DNA of 64,000 bases, from the NCBI GenBank assembly GCA_963693365.1, contig CAVNZM010000004.1, positions 4,714,564 through 4,778,563 on the forward strand. The letters are read 5' to 3'. Position 1 is the first letter of the stretch; each line of letters opens with the position of its first letter. Origin of the DNA: Amoebidium appalachense. Lineage: Eukaryota > Protista > Ichthyosporea. The notes under the pieces are model-generated. The model saw only the letters and a list, made by a program, of their open reading frames with translations. It had not been told where the DNA came from and ran no database searches. The position numbers and the translations under genes are program-made. Below, piece by piece: positions 17,686 to 32,317 of this stretch.

Positions 17686-19581
17686 GCAACTGCCTAAAAA
17701 GAGAGCTGGATTTGTTTTTAGTGACTGCGGTGATAAAGAATTCAAAAGAATAAGTGCAAATTGTATGAATATACAGCTGATATTTATACATTAATACATA
17801 TCGACATAGCAGCAGCTTAGCTATATAAAAGTTAGCCCTTGCTGCTATTGTTGCAACCGTGATGGGTGTTTCCTTCAACATTTCTTTTCGCATCATAGTT
17901 GTGACGAAAACAGAAACAACTAAAAATGCAGGGTGCCTCTACAAATAAGCCCTGTGTCTGGCTGTTCATGGTTGCCTCCGGTGAGCCTCTCTTTTTTTCC
18001 GTTGTTTGCAAGCTTCTTTGTCATTATGTTTCTTTCCCCGGCCCATAACATATATACTTTGTTTTTCCTGTATACGTAAATATCCTATAAAGTTCGGTCT
18101 TTCCGGAAAAATTAAATAAACAACCATTTTTGAAAATCTAGAGCTGTGGGATCTGATATTTGAGCAAGGCAAGTCCATAAAGTGGTGTATTCGAAATATG
18201 GGAGGGTTCTTTCTTGCCATCACCACGACTTCACGTAACTTCCATCCTGCAAGTGAATAACGTTTTCGTTTGTGTGCGTTTGAGCACGCGGCGGTGTCAC
18301 GTGTGTGTGTGTGTGTGCAGTTGTATGGTTCTACTTGCATATACCTACAGGTATGCGTGTACACTCATGTGTGTGTTCCCAGCAGGCTTGGAGGACAAAG
18401 CACGAGAAAATATGTAGCACACACATTTGAGGTCTAACCATACAAAAATGAACCAAAAAGTTTGGCTTTGCGCTGGAGCCCGGGATCTCTTATATAGTTT
18501 TTAGCTGGCTTGTTGTTATCCAAGATAGGCTGCTAAAGACATAGTCTTGCAAACGGACTGTATATGCATATGGGGCATGCTGGAAAAGCACTGGGACCAT
18601 TCGCGCGAGCAGTCACGAGCAAAGGCAGCCTATATCTGGCCAAACGGCGTCCATAGCAGTTAAGAAGAAACCCCAAGATGTATACCCGAGCAATGCAATG
18701 TGCAACTTTGTGGTACGTTCTGTTTTTGTTCCCCAACACGCGCAAGGTGTAGGTATTTACCCGATTCGCCCTCGTCACATGACCTGCAACTTGCGATGAC
18801 ACACACAAGAAAAGAAAGTAAGGGCCGAGTGGTTTAGGGAGCTATGGGAGCGTCGCAGCCGGGGAACAAGTGAGAGAGGGAGGTGAAGAGCACAAAATTT
18901 GCAGCGAATTTGAAAGGATGTCCACAAGCAAGTAGAAGCTATCAATCATGATACAGAGTTAAAGAAAAACGCCTGAGCACAGCTACTTGTCAACGATGTA
19001 GTCCTTCCTTCAATGCGACCCAGATCCTTCGTTGAATTGATTGCTTTGCTTTTGCGAGAACTCAAAGTCAGACTTTCCGTGCCGCGGCTTTTATTCGTAG
19101 ATCAACAGTTAGCGTGGTCCCAGGCAAAAATAACGCTACATAGACTTTCCCTTCCCAGTTTATAAAGACCACAAAACAGGAGGCACCCCAACGGTTATGT
19201 TTATAGGCAAATGTGCAGTGCATCGTTTCGCTCCGATATGTAGCTACTGTAAGCTTGCTGTAAACACCGAGTCCTAATTACGATTGCAAACCTTGCAAAC
19301 ACTGTGTCAAGCAGGGATGATATGGTTGATAAACGGCAATGATGTGCCCGCAATCCGAAACATGTACGTACATCGTTATCATAACCGGGGTCAGAATAAC
19401 CATTACCATAGTGTATCAAGGTTGCACAATCGACGTTATTGCAGGCTTGCACCACCTCACCATACCAAGCAAAACTTTACACGTGTAAACAGACGTGTAA
19501 ACACAAGCGCATTACATAGGCTATTTCATAAAGTGGGGAAGGAGGGAAAAAACTCAGAACTCATGATCAGGAACTCAGAAA

Positions 19582-19614
<33 letters not shown>

Positions 19615-20088
19615 GGGGAAGGGGGAGCCTCGCTGTCCTAAACCTCAGACCCATCGGACATGAAACATCAAGTTGAGAAATGCGCACAGAACTTATATCC
19701 TGTTCCAATGACAACCATACCATGCCATAGTGCACCTCGCTGGAAATCAACTACCATACAATGTTCACCCCAAATCGACTCCTATATAGCTAGAGATAGC
19801 TAGCAACTATATCTATAACTATTGTTAGCTAATATACTGAGGGTTTCAGTTTTGGTTCGCTCAGTCCTTCGCTCACTACTGACTCACCGTGGGGATCATT
19901 GCACTTTATTGGCCACTCCCGCCGGCCAATCTGGAAACACAACCTGTGCCCCATATGCATGATATGTACATCATGATACAGACGAGAGCCACCCCTTATT
20001 AATGGTAACTACTACATAGCCACGGCCGCTAAAGCTACAGACCTTACAGACCACATATCCAAGACAACGCAAAAAAAAAAAAAAAAAA

Positions 20089-20127
<39 letters not shown>

Positions 20128-21367
20128 GAAAGGAACTAAGCAACCAGGTTGGGAGGGTGGTTGTATTAAGTGTGTGACGTGGCTGCGCAGGTATTGGAAA
20201 CAAAGTTGGGCAGTGAGAAAATCACCCGAAGTATTGACTCAGTGATGGTGTGAAGTGTTGTGCAGGGTGACGGTGCCGAGTCTTCACCGAATTACGCAAA
20301 AGCAGCGAGATGCTTATTGGATAGAAGTTGGCCAATGAAGAACAACACCGAGGAGGGTAAGGCGGCAAGTCACAAAAACACATGTCATCCACATGCGTTT
20401 TGCTCTACACCGCTGAATCTAAATCCCTCAACATCCAATCAAAAGATGTAAATTGCTATCTGATCAGCAATCTAGCCAATGGAAAACAATATCCGCAAGC
20501 CGCCGAGTCTGCTGTTTGCTGGTGCCAATCGTGCTGTTTCCGCCCGTTTCTTCTGTTTCAGTCGTTTTTTTTTTTGAAGTTTCTTGCGTTTGTTTAAACC
20601 TTTCAACACCTTCGAATTCGCGAGATCATGAGTCCGTTTTTCTAGTAAGGTTTCTCCGAGTTCTCTACGAGGGGTTCGCTGTATGCGCACAGAAACAGTA
20701 TACTTTTTGCCGTGGGCAAGTGGGTCATCGGTCAAACGATTTTCATGTTTGTTTACAGTGCACGTAATTTGCCAATCACAGAAGCTCTATGAGTGACTAA
20801 GGAACCATGGCTGGCGTCATATGATTCTTGTAGGATTCAACCGTTGAATCATATTGATCCGCCGCTAAGGCGGTATTGACGGAGGCACTCTAGTGGTCCG
20901 TAGATTTCTCTTTGTTCTTTGATTGTAGCTGTGGCCGTTTGCTTTGTGCAGCTCTCTAGGTTGTCCTCGATTCAGTAGTAACAAGCACGGTAAGAGGATC
21001 GGGTGGAGGGAGACACGACAAACGCAGCCGAGGGACAGAGGATGGTCATAATGTAAGTAATGAAGCATCCTCTTTGTTGTCACGCTCCCTACCGTTGGGG
21101 AAGAATACGTGTGATGTGCACAAGCACCATGACCGTCTTCCATTTCTTACATTCTCGCAACTGGACCACCTTTTTTCTCACTAGCAAGTTGTTTTGTGTT
21201 GCTCTGCCGAAGCTCATTTTACTCCAACGTTATGGTTGCCCATGCCGTCTTATGCACCTTCGTGCCTCAGATTCTTAATACGTGTTATTAGGCAAAGAGT
21301 TACCTTACCTTTGGAGTTGGAATGGTTATGGATCTCTCACACCCGGTGAAACACCTACAGAGCCCCA

Positions 21368-22289
21368 ATGCAGGCAGCCAAAAAGGACAAGAAGAGAAAG
21401 GCGACTGCCAAAACCCTTTCTTCTTCTGGACATGGCGTTATGGTGGCAGACGGGGGGTTCCATCAGCTGGGGTTTGTGGCTGGGATGCCTGCCATAGTTG
21501 AGCAGGGACACCCGAACCACCCCCATCCCCAGTCGTTTCACCATGCACCTCCACCGCTGCAACCGCCACCACTCATGGTGCACGGAGGACAGTTGCAAGG
21601 AACATGTGATAAATGCTCGCGCATGCTAGAGCTGGAGACGGAGTATCTGGCGCTGAGGCGCAAGTTGGGTCTTCTGGAGAAGAATTATGTGCGGCTTTTT
21701 CGCCAGTCGCTACAGCAGGACAAGGATCGGTTTAAATCCGCATCACAGGCAAAGGTACGAAACGAGCATAGCCGCCAAATCCCCGGGTTGACACCCTTTT
21801 GGTGGTGTGTTTCAGGATGGTTTCAGCACGGTGGTATTTTTGATCTGCCGGTGTAGTTGTGAGCTTCAACGACAGTGTCTCTTGTGTATGGTTTGGGGAT
21901 CTATGCAAAGCAGGAGTTTCTATGGTCTATTTCTTGTTCTTTTCATGGCAAGCAGTTGTGACTTAACATGTGAAAACTATTCTCTCGCAGGCTTCCCCTG
22001 TTTCTTGGCTCCCCCCCCCCCCCCCGGGCTCTGCTTATTATGCATACTCTTTATGTATGGCTTGCATTCTGCATCGTGTTATCCGTTTGTTCTTGTGTAC
22101 TTCGTACTTTTTGGACGCATTCAAAACCCCCCCCCCCCCCCCCCCCCCCCGTGCTCCTTCCCTCCCTTCCATTATTTGTTTCTGTCCGGTAACACATTCT
22201 TGCTTGGTGTCTGATTTCGTATACCCGGCTTTAGCTGCAACGCTGGCTCATAACTTGGATGTAACTTGAGAATGGCCGTGCAAGAGTTT

Positions 22290-22328
<39 letters not shown>

Positions 22329-22505
22329 CCTCCCCTCCCGACGGGAACACGCGCATACACACGCACACACACTCAAAAAGAAGTACGACTTGCACACTCT
22401 GCCTCTACCCTCGTCCTCCCCCATTGCACAATCCCAGACGTTGCACAATCCCAGACACCCAGGGTTCTCTGCTCTTACCCTCTTCCTTCGTTACCAAGCA
22501 CATGA

Positions 22506-22558
<53 letters not shown>

Positions 22559-22838
22559 ACACAAAAAAAAAGCAAAAAAAAACTAATCACTGTCTTGATT
22601 TCCGACTCCGGTTAGTATCGTTTCCTGTTACCTTGGCACTTGTTTTATCCCCCCCCCTCCCCCACCCCCCGGCTCGCCCGCCCCCCGTAACAATGCCTAT
22701 CCCTCCCTCCTGGCCATCACCTTTCGTCTTCGTCTCCACTCACTTTGGCCCACTAACACACACGTGGCAAGCATGCTGTTTATCTATTCTTTTTTTTTTT
22801 TTTTTTTTTTTTTTTCCCTTCCTTGCTTTTCCTTTCTT

Positions 22839-22873
<35 letters not shown>

Positions 22874-22902
22874 CCACATACACACACACACACACCTTTT
22901 TT

Positions 22903-22936
<34 letters not shown>

Positions 22937-22960
22937 AGATACAATGATTTTTGCCGTCCC

Positions 22961-23002
<42 letters not shown>

Positions 23003-24024
23003 CCCCTGTTTCTGCTTCACGGTTGCATTCGTAAGCCCCACTACGCCCACTCAGTGTCTCTCTGTCTAGTATCTCTATGTAATTTACACTGCCACCACCC
23101 GCCCAAGCTTCCCCAAGTCCCACACTTACAACTGTCTTTCTCTCTTCGCTTACATACCACTTGCTGTTATCTGACTTCGTGTGAGGAAGATGTTGTTGAT
23201 ATGCCCCCCCCCCCCCCCCCCCCCCTCCCCCTCTTCGAATGAGAACCCCTTATGGTTTTTTTGCATCTTTTTATGAGTAACACTGTTTTTGAAGGGAGGT
23301 CTTTCTTGCACAAAATAGCACTTTTATGTGTGTACGGTGTACTACACAGCTCCCCCCCCTCCTACCCCCCCCCAGCACACACACAATATACATGTATCTC
23401 TGCCCTTGCTTTGACTGTCTCTCTGTGTGGGTCTCTGTTTGCATTCGGGAAGGCAGCACAGTCTATTATGCAATTTTTGTTTAACAATTTAGTGGTGTGC
23501 TAATATTTGGATGTTCGCTTTCGCATTTTCTTGCGCGCACGAATCCTACGTCTCCTGTTGTTCTTTCTTTCCTCCTTTTCCCTCTCGGGTTTCCTCTCCT
23601 TTCACTTCTTTCTTTCTTTCTTTCTTTCCCCTCCCCCCTTTTTTTCTTCTTTTCTTTACTTTTTTTTTCCTCTCCTTTTTTTTGCGCGGGGGGGAGGGGG
23701 GGGGGGGGGGCTGATGGGGAAAAGAAAAAATGGTAAGAAACCCAAATGGAAGAGGAAGAAAACACAAAGAAAGAAAGAAGAGGCTCGGTTTCAACTCTTG
23801 TTTCGTGGACGAGATTGGGAGATTGCACCCGCGTTGTTTTTTGGTTCTGCATTGTTTATTCTCTTTTTTCTCTTTGTATTAAGCACTCTAGTGCCCCCCC
23901 CCTCCCCCCTCCCCCCTTTCCCCAACACACACACACACTTTCTGCATTGTTTATTCTCTTTTTTTCTCTGTGTATTATGCACTGCGGTCCCCCCCTCCCT
24001 CCCTCCCTCACTCACTCACTCACT

Positions 24025-24058
<34 letters not shown>

Positions 24059-24232
24059 ACACACACACACACACACACACGCTTTCTGCGTTGCACATTT
24101 TATTTTCTTTGTGTTGTGCACTGCAGTCTCTTCCCCCCCCCACACGCACACACGCACGCATGCACCCACGCACACGTGGTTTTTGCATTGTTGATTCTCG
24201 GTTTTGTCTTTGTATTGTGTACTGTAGTCCCC

Positions 24233-24278
<46 letters not shown>

Positions 24279-26188
24279 ACCAAAAAAGAAAGAAAGAACG
24301 AAAGAAAAAAGAAAAAAGAAAAAAGAAAAAACGTGTGCGCGCACACACACACATGCATACATACATACATACACACACACACATTATAGTCCAGCCCATG
24401 TGCGTACTCACATATGTATGTCATATTCACGCCTACCCACACAATGCCCTGGAGGCATCATACAGTCCCTCATCCTCAAATATTATCCATCATCTTTTTT
24501 TTGCTGCCACATACTTTTCTTTTATATCTTTTTTAGCTGTGTAGTTCAGTCATCTCACAGTTTCTTCCTTGTGTTTTTTACAGCAGCAACAAACCACGGA
24601 GGAGGCAAAAGAACAGCAACACAAAACAACAGCCGGCAACGGGTCGATTTCGGCGGGCCCAGACCGCGCCCTGCAAATAATCACCGAATTCGGGCACTCC
24701 GTGGCTCTCCTTCCATCGGGCGAAGTTGCACCAGAAGACCTGATCAAGAAAAAGGCGATACGCTACGAACGGCTGCTGAAACCCATCGACGGTTTACTAA
24801 CACGCGAGGAGGAAATTATCAAGGCGAATCTTGTGCGGCACGACTTGGATCGGTTGGGGTATGTCGAATGGCACGAGGGCGAGCGGGGGCCGAGAAAGCG
24901 CGCCTTGCCCCTTTCACGGCCGCGAGTTCCTGCGACGGAGCTCTCCAAGAAGAATCTGTTGAGAAAAGCCGCCGAGATTGAAAAGATGATCGAGTCACAG
25001 GCGGCGCCGCCCGACACGGACCGTGTGACGATGCGAAAGTGCGTCGGCGTGATTATGAGTTTATTGATTGACCGACAGAAGGAATCAGATCCGATTGGCC
25101 AGCCTGCAAACCTTGCCCCGGCGGTGGCGGTGGCCGCGGCGGCGATGGGTGCTGCGAGCGGCGTTACGTCGGCGGGGGGGACAACAAACGGTTAACGCAC
25201 AGGTGGGTGCGGGGGGGACGCTTCAACATCCCGGCACGCAGGGGATGGGCATGGGTGATCCCACGGGTCTGACGGTGAATCCTTTCACTATGGGCGGTAT
25301 GAGTATGGCCATGGCTGGAATGGCGGCAAATTCCGCGGCGGCGGCGGCGGCTGCGATGGCGACGACGGCGAACCCTGCACCCTCGCGGACGTCTGGAAAA
25401 GGGGGTAGGGGAAGGAAGGAGGTAGCAAGCACGGTGAGCCACGAGGAGGAGGATGGGCAGGGGGGAGGTGGAAAGAGGCAGAAGACGGGGGAAGAGATAC
25501 CCATGCTGGACCCCACTGGCAGGCAGCAGCAGATGCTGCAGCAGCAACAGCAGTTGCTGGCCCAGCAGCACGCTGCAATCCAGCAGCACTGGCAACAACA
25601 ACAACAGAGAAGAGCGGAGGAGGGGGGTCTGAAACGATGGACCCCAGGCTCATGCAGCAGAGGCTGTCTGTGGCTGCCGGCGCTGCGGCTGCGTTTAACC
25701 CACTTGGCGCCGCGCAGTCGCTGCCGCAGTTGCCGTCGGCTGGGGCACAGGGGCAAAATGCCACCACCACGGAATCGGGCAAGAAGGGGGATGGGGGCCA
25801 GCAGAGACCCACCTTGCAGCAAACCTACATTCCTGGCGGCTCGTACATGCTTCCGGGGTTAAACACCCAGCAGACGACGGACCAATCATCCGCCTCCAAC
25901 GCCCAAACACAGTACTTTGGCGCGGGACAACCTTTTGCAGGGCAAAATTCTGTGTTTGGCTCCCAGCAGGCCTTCAACGCGACACAACTTGGGCAAACCG
26001 GGCAGACGTACGGGGGGCAGGGGGGTATGCCGCAGTCTTTACCCATGCTTGGGCCCTATGCCATGCAGCTGGTGAGGCCCCTGGTGCCCCAGAGACAGGA
26101 TAGCGCCACCACACAGCCTAATTATATGCCTGTTGCGGCCCAGCAGCCATCGGCTTACACTTCAAAGCAACAGAACCAGCAGCAGTAG
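21368..26188 (+). CDS. Hypothetical Q/G/A-rich protein (~663 aa) with a basic N-terminus, CxxC plus coiled coil and a prion-like C-terminus; exons 21368-21754 and 24584-26188
   Basis: Phase-0 AAG|GTACGA ... TTTTTACAG|CAG junction. Protein-like codons continue across three ORFs joined by compensating one-base shifts in the G runs at 25174-25180 and 25622-25627. Stop TAG at 26186-26188. Confidence 0.75.
22026..22126 (+). repeat. Copy of the ~100 bp poly-C-flanked intronic element
   Basis: GGGCTCTGCTTATTATGCATACTCTTTATGTATGGCTTGCATTCTGCATCGTGTTATCCG...GTGTACTTCGTACT...GCATTCAAAA lies between two C runs. Confidence 0.8.
23846..24232. repeat. Compound tandem repeat: four diverged ~50-bp units separated by C-run and (CA)n linkers
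   Basis: TCTGCATTGTTTATTCTC...TGTATTATGCACTGC-like units at ~23846, 23940, 24084 and 24182. Confidence 0.75.
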
Positions 26189-26193
26189 ATCCT

Positions 26194-26227
<34 letters not shown>

Positions 26228-28281
26228 TGACCCCCCTGAACCCCCTGTCCCTCCCCTGCGCGCGTACACACTCACACTCACGCTCACACTCACTCACTCA
26301 CTCACTCACTCACTCACTCACTTACACACACACAAACACATGCGTGCACACGTAGACCGCATGAAGCACTAGAAAAGTTCGAAACAATTTACAAAGGCAC
26401 GTGTTAAGATTCACACAAACCTCGTTGCACGAAGGTTGTTGACTTTTCATTCGGTCCTTGGAAATATTCTATTGTAAAGTCTTGTAAAGACGGTATGTAA
26501 ATTGCCGTGTGGAGCGGCTTGTAACGCGTGTAAATAGTGGTACCGTAGCGTTTTGTGTTTTGCATGTATGAAGCCACACACAACCACTCTATTGCTCATT
26601 ATGCAATGTAAGCCTGGTTATGTACACGTTTTGTTACTCGTGGAACGGATGACCGATGCCAATCTCTGTTGTGAGTGTTTTTATGCCTTCGAAGTTGTGA
26701 ACTTCAATAGTGTGAGCGAATGTTGAAATTTTTCTGTCATTCTGATTTGTTCCTACTATAACAAAGTCCTGCAGCAGTGTTGTGCAAATTGAGCTATGTA
26801 TGTACTGGCAAGTATGTATGAATGTATTTAGCTACAGGACTGCATATAAATTGTTGGGCTATGTGTGCGCTGGTCCCAGACAATATACGAATTTGTGAAA
26901 AAGCAAACATGTGCACATGCATATATGGTGGACCCATTCTTAGGGGTGCATTGTACCCTGTTCTCAAAAGGCGGTGCCCATGCAGAGTTGGGTCGCAGAG
27001 TACAGGAACAATACCGGGAATGCACACATACTGGTACATGCCATCACGGTGATGCACAACGGGGTGTGGGCCCATGTACTTGTGTGTGGGTCTGGTTGTT
27101 GGTGAAGGTGGGGGCAACAGTCAAGCACACCAATAATTGTACTGTGCCAAGTCCTGGTGTTAATTTCATGAGTTGTTGCTTTTCAGGATCTTTTGGCATC
27201 TAATTTTCTGAATGGCTATTAGCTAAAACTTCCAACCGCCTATGGGCTGGGCTAGGTTCTGAATCGAAACCACACAAGGAAAAGGGATGGAACCGAGAAT
27301 GTTTAATGGTCATCGTGGCTGCAGAAACGGAAGCTAACCGGGGGATTTTAGAAAACCTGATCGAAACGGTTTCCCAACTTACGAAAAAAGGATTTTTCGA
27401 AGAAAGTCAATCCATAATGACGCTCAGGGAGACTTCGAAAGCCCCTTGACATTGCCCAGATGAGTCACCGGGGAGGTTGTGCGGACTTCTGCAGGTGTGA
27501 GGGTTGTGTGTGACTGTATGTTTGTGCGCCTGTGCGTGCGTGTCTGTGTGTGGGCCGGTGGGTGGGTGGGTGGGTTGGGTTGGGAAGAGGGGGGGGAGGT
27601 GGGTAGAAGAGGGTTAGGAAGGGAGGGAGGGAGGGGAAGGGGGAAATGGCCAAGGCCTCCTACTCTGGAGGCCTTGGGATTGGCTGGTTTGGGGATCACT
27701 TAGTTTCAACTTCATGCAAGAGCTCGAGGGAGGGAGGTAGGGACGGGGCAGGGGGAGAGGGGGAGAGGGGGGGAAGGGGGAAAGGTAGAGGGAGCAAGAG
27801 AGACAGAGAGAGAAAGGGGGGGGGGCGGGGGGAGGGGGCGAGGGAGGGAGAGGAGAGGGAGAGAGGAGAGGGAGAGAAATAGAGGGGGGGGGGGAGGGGA
27901 GAAAAAGAGAGGGAGAGGGAGAGAGAGAGGCAGTGGGAGAGAGGGAGGGAGGGAGGGAGGGAGGGAGAGAAGGAGGGAAGGAGAGGGAGATTCAGGCAGC
28001 GGGAGAGGGGAAAAAGAAGGGGGAAACGGAGGACAGAATAAACCAGAGAGAGAGCGATAGAAAGAGGGGAAGAGAGAGAGGGAGAGGGAAAGAGGGAAAG
28101 AGGGGGGGGAGGGGGGGGGGGGGGGGGGGGAGTAAGAGAGAGAGAGAGAGAGAGAGAAAGAGTTAGCAAGAGAGTGTGAGAGGGGGAGAAGGAGGGAGGG
28201 GGAAAGAGAGGGAGGGAGAGAGAGAGATGAAGGGAGGGAGAGAGAGAAGGGGGAGAGAGGGAGAGGAGGGAGAGATGCTCA

Positions 28282-28781
28282 CCCTGAGAGGCTCACCAAG
28301 CAAAGTTGAAAAGTAGGCTCTTTGTGGATCCTGGATCCTCGAGTCCAGGATCCGCTTCTTCCCAATCCCCCCGTCGCAACCCGCCCCTCCCCCCTCCCCA
28401 TCCCCCCTCCCCTCCTTCCTCCCCCCTGGGCCCCCTCTCCCCCCCCACCCCACCCCCTCCCCCCTCCCCCTGCCTCCCTGCAAACCGGTGCTGACTTGAC
28501 GGGCAGAATGCTTGCGGCACTGGGACACGGCACCATCCCAAGACAAAAGCAGCAAATTTTGTGGGGTTCCTGGGGGTTTTTTTTTTCCCTAAGAAGGGCA
28601 TCCTCTTGTCAACTGCGGTAGCTTTCATTACAAACCTGTGATCGAAGTTGAAACTGAGCTGGATGGTGAACTTCTCGACAGCTTTGACTGGCGCAAAGTC
28701 AGGAGCGTATGGTGCGACTGATCGCCCTTTTTCTTGCTCCTGACGTTTCTTAATTGGTCCGTTTGCGAAAAAGGCGCGCAT
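28282..28781 (-). other. Possible exons of a degenerate or orphan minus-strand gene, divergent from the RRM-R3H gene
   Basis: A complex ORF (MRAFFANGPIKKRQEQEKGRSVAPYAPDFAPVKAVEKFTIQLSFNFDHRFVMKATAVDKR) and a downstream segment ending at a CAGG|GTGAGC donor. No family was recognised and no coherent model could be built. Confidence 0.25.
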
Positions 28782-29299
28782 GCCCTCTTTGCTGTGATCA
28801 GTCTGATCTTTTCGTTACATGCATAAAAAATAAGACGCAGGGAGCTGAAATATATATAATTGTTAGTAAACATTTTTAGTATTTATCTACTATAGTAGAG
28901 GCTACAGCAATAGAAACATGCTTACAATACTGGTGCTCTACATTTAACATATTCTCGTTAGATTTCTGGAATGCTCCTCAAAGTTCCATCTGCTATTTCT
29001 ATTGGTTATATATCACTCTGGTATGTGGCATTTACTACCAACCAGCCAGCCCTTTGTCATGTGGGGGACCCAGTGCTTTCGAACTGAGTTCGTCTCAAAC
29101 CCGCTTGTCCCCGCCCCCGCCCCCTCCCTCCCTCACCCTTCCCTCCATGTTCGCCTGAGTTAACTTCAGGATTATACCCTTCACTTCTACCAAACACTCT
29201 TAGACACTCTAGCCTAGTTTTTCAACCGCTGTGAAAAGCATAACGTGATAGCGTTCTAAGTAACATAACGTAGCTTGAAACTCCTCGGAATAAGAAAAA

Positions 29300-32269
29300 A
29301 TGGCTGACGAGATCTTCGCCTTTGATGAGGACACCCCGGTGGCGCCCCTCAAGAAGGAAAAGGGGAACCTGGACATCAGCGATTTGAGCGATCTGAGTCT
29401 TGATGGTACGTCTTTCTGCCCTTACTTTCGTGTGAATTAGGTGCCAATTGAGGCTTGTTCGGGCAAGTAGCTGCCAAACAGCTGTTTTCGTCTGTTTATA
29501 GGGATGTCGGTTTGTCGTTTTTCTTGTCACCGCGTGACTCTGTTCCGTCAAAGCTGTCATGTGTAGTGGGGTTTCTGATAGGTTGTAAATGAGAATGGCG
29601 TTCTTCCTCTCATCATAGGAGTACCGGAGATGTAAAAGATGAAGCACTCGACTCAGGAACATGTGGTTCTATGACCAAGTGGAGCTTTTTCTGCTGTTTA
29701 GCTGTGCGCGGTATAATGCACAGAGGGTTTCCTGGCCAAGCCTTCTTGTAGCTTTTTCAAAATAAGTTTGTATAGCAAAATATGCTCTTATACTTGTGTC
29801 ACTCCAGATCCAAACAAGGGGCGGGACACCCCCATTGCTGGCCTTGGAGACGACGAACGTGGCGGAATCTCTCCTCCACATGAGAGGTAAGACCCTTAAG
29901 CACAGTTTTATGGTCACTGCATGACTTTTTGTGCCTGACAGTGCATTCTTGGGTAATTCTTATTTATTCAGAACATAATTATACTAGATCCCACTTCGCA
30001 GCTGCTGCAGGAGAGTGTTGGGCTGAACGAATGGTTAAGCTCAGCAACCTCACATATTATAAACTCCCCGCTTGCCCTACCTCCTCTTGGCTTCCTTGCC
30101 TCCCTTTCCTTCCCCCCCCCCCCCCCCCCCCCTCTCTCTCTCCCTCTCCCTCTCTCTCTTGCTATCTCTCCCTCTCTCTCTTGCTGTCTCTCCCTCTCTC
30201 TCTCTCTCTCTCTCCCTGCACACTCTCCCCCGCCTCTCCCCCCCCTTCACACAAGCACCCTTGACCTCCATGTGTGCTTGCGCAATATCTGGCAAACTTG
30301 ACTGGCTAGCGGACCTGAGAGGGCTCTGTTGTGTAGCACGATGAATGTAGGGTGGCAGGATCTAACTACTTGTGTTGCGCAGCAAGCATGTCGGCAAACA
30401 TCGGCACCGGCGGTCTAAAGGTGGTGCACGGGGCTCACTCGATGCTGGCCCGATGGGTGGCCGAGCAGAGAGTGCGCCTGCTCGCTCTATGCTGGATGCC
30501 ATGGGAAAAATCCCCTGCGGTATGTTTACTGGTTCGGCTTGGAATACGGTGCCTTTAATGAGGTCTGCTGATTAGACGTGGAGAAATGTAGCTATGGGGA
30601 AGGAAAGTGGGGAAGGTGGGGGGAGGGGAGGGGGGGGGGGGGGGGGGGGGGAGGAACATGAAGGAGAAGGAATTCGGGATGGAGAGGAGATGAATCAAAA
30701 GGTTATGAGTTATGTTGAACGGAGTCGAGCTGAAGAGTGTGGCAAAGACAGGGAAAGTTAGGGAAGGAGTTGCATGCAGAGGGCAGAGAAAGGCAGGAAA
30801 GTGGCGCAGAAAACAGCTGGGTGTGTGCGAAGCAGGGAGGCAATTGAAAGAAGCTAGGAAGGGGAGGTGGTAGGAGGGTTAGCGTTGTGGGTTTGGCTGG
30901 TTGAGTGTGCCCCCATGGCGGGCGAGGGGAGCGGAGGGGGGGGCGTGGGAGGTGGGGAGGTTTTTGGCATACATAGTCATCAATGTATCAATGCACCAAT
31001 GCATGCTTATATGATATATGATTTAACTGACATGCAAAGCTCTACACATACTGGTTGAAGAGGGAATCGGAACAACATAATTAGGACATGCGGTTAAAAA
31101 AAAGACTCAGGGGTTTTGGTCTTGCACAGTGTGGAGATATGTAGAAAACTGATGTGAGTTTGCAGATGATAAAGAGTTCAGCGAGTATTGGCATCCAGGT
31201 GAAAGATGGGGAGGGGAAGGGGAGAGAGAGAGAGAAGAGGGGGGGCGAGGGAACCCGGGAGGAGAAGGAAGAGTAGGAAGCTGGGGGGAAACATGGGAGG
31301 ATGGGAGGGAAGGGGCATACATTTTTTTATACTTTTTCCAACTAAGATCGTGTTGCTTTCTCGATGCCGATTTTATAAGCCGCTGTTCGTTTCCGATATT
31401 ATAAAATTTTAATGGACTGGTTGCAGGGAGTCAGCCACATGGATGCTGCAGCCGAGGAGGCAGCGCTGCATGCGGTTGTTGGGGAGTCCAAGCACCACGT
31501 GCTGGTCATCAAGAACATCCCCTTCAACGTGCGCAACAAGGAGTTCATGGACATCATTGTGCGTGCATGCTGTGTGTGTGTGTGTGTGTATCCGTGTGCA
31601 TGCGCGTCGGTGGGTGTGTGCGTGGGTTTGTGTGTGTTTGTGTGTGTTTTGGGAGGAAAAGGGGAGATGAAGATATGGGGGCTCTCCCCGGGGGAAAGAA
31701 CGGCGGGGCAGGGTGGGTGGGTGGGTGGGTGGTGGTGGGGGGGGGGGGGGGGGGGGGGATATGCGGGGGGATGTGAGATTGAAGCAACCTGGAGAGGTGG
31801 GGGGGGGGGGGGGGGGGGGGAGGGGGGACGCGAGGCCTGCCGGTAGAGGAGAGGATGGGAGAATGGATGGACAAATAACAGTATGAAGGGGATGGATGGA
31901 TGGACAAATGACAACAGCCGGGGCTCCGATGGAGAGAGGGAGGGGCGGGGGGGGGGGGGGGGGGGGGGGAGATGGATGAGGGACGGAGAATGTACTGTGT
32001 TTAATCCCCTCCTCTACCCCCTTCCCCTTCTTGCACCCAGAGCAATCTTGGTGTGGCCCCTCCGCAGTCCGTGCACTACCACATTGACGCCAACCACAAG
32101 TTTCGGGGCATGGCATTTGCCATCTACAAGACCGTCGAGTCGGTACGTGTGCTTTAAAACGCTGATGGGTGTGATTGTCGATGTTGGGATGCACGGGATG
32201 TGTGTGTGTGTGTGTGTGTGCGCTCGCACGCACGCACGTGTGGGGCGGTGTGTTTTTTTGGTGGGTATG

Positions 32270-32317
<48 letters not shown>

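Noticed and set aside
15814-19455. Short complex ORFs at 15814-16095 and 19201-19455 (minus strand)
   Set aside because: No recognisable motifs or supporting splice structure, and the lengths are compatible with chance.
28600-28680. Hsp70-like segment FTIQLSFNFDHRFVMKATAVDK
   Set aside because: Too short, and no other Hsp70 motifs are nearby.
29222-29662. 146-aa minus-strand ORF
   Set aside because: It is the antisense shadow of RRM-R3H exon 1 and intron 1, with no motif.
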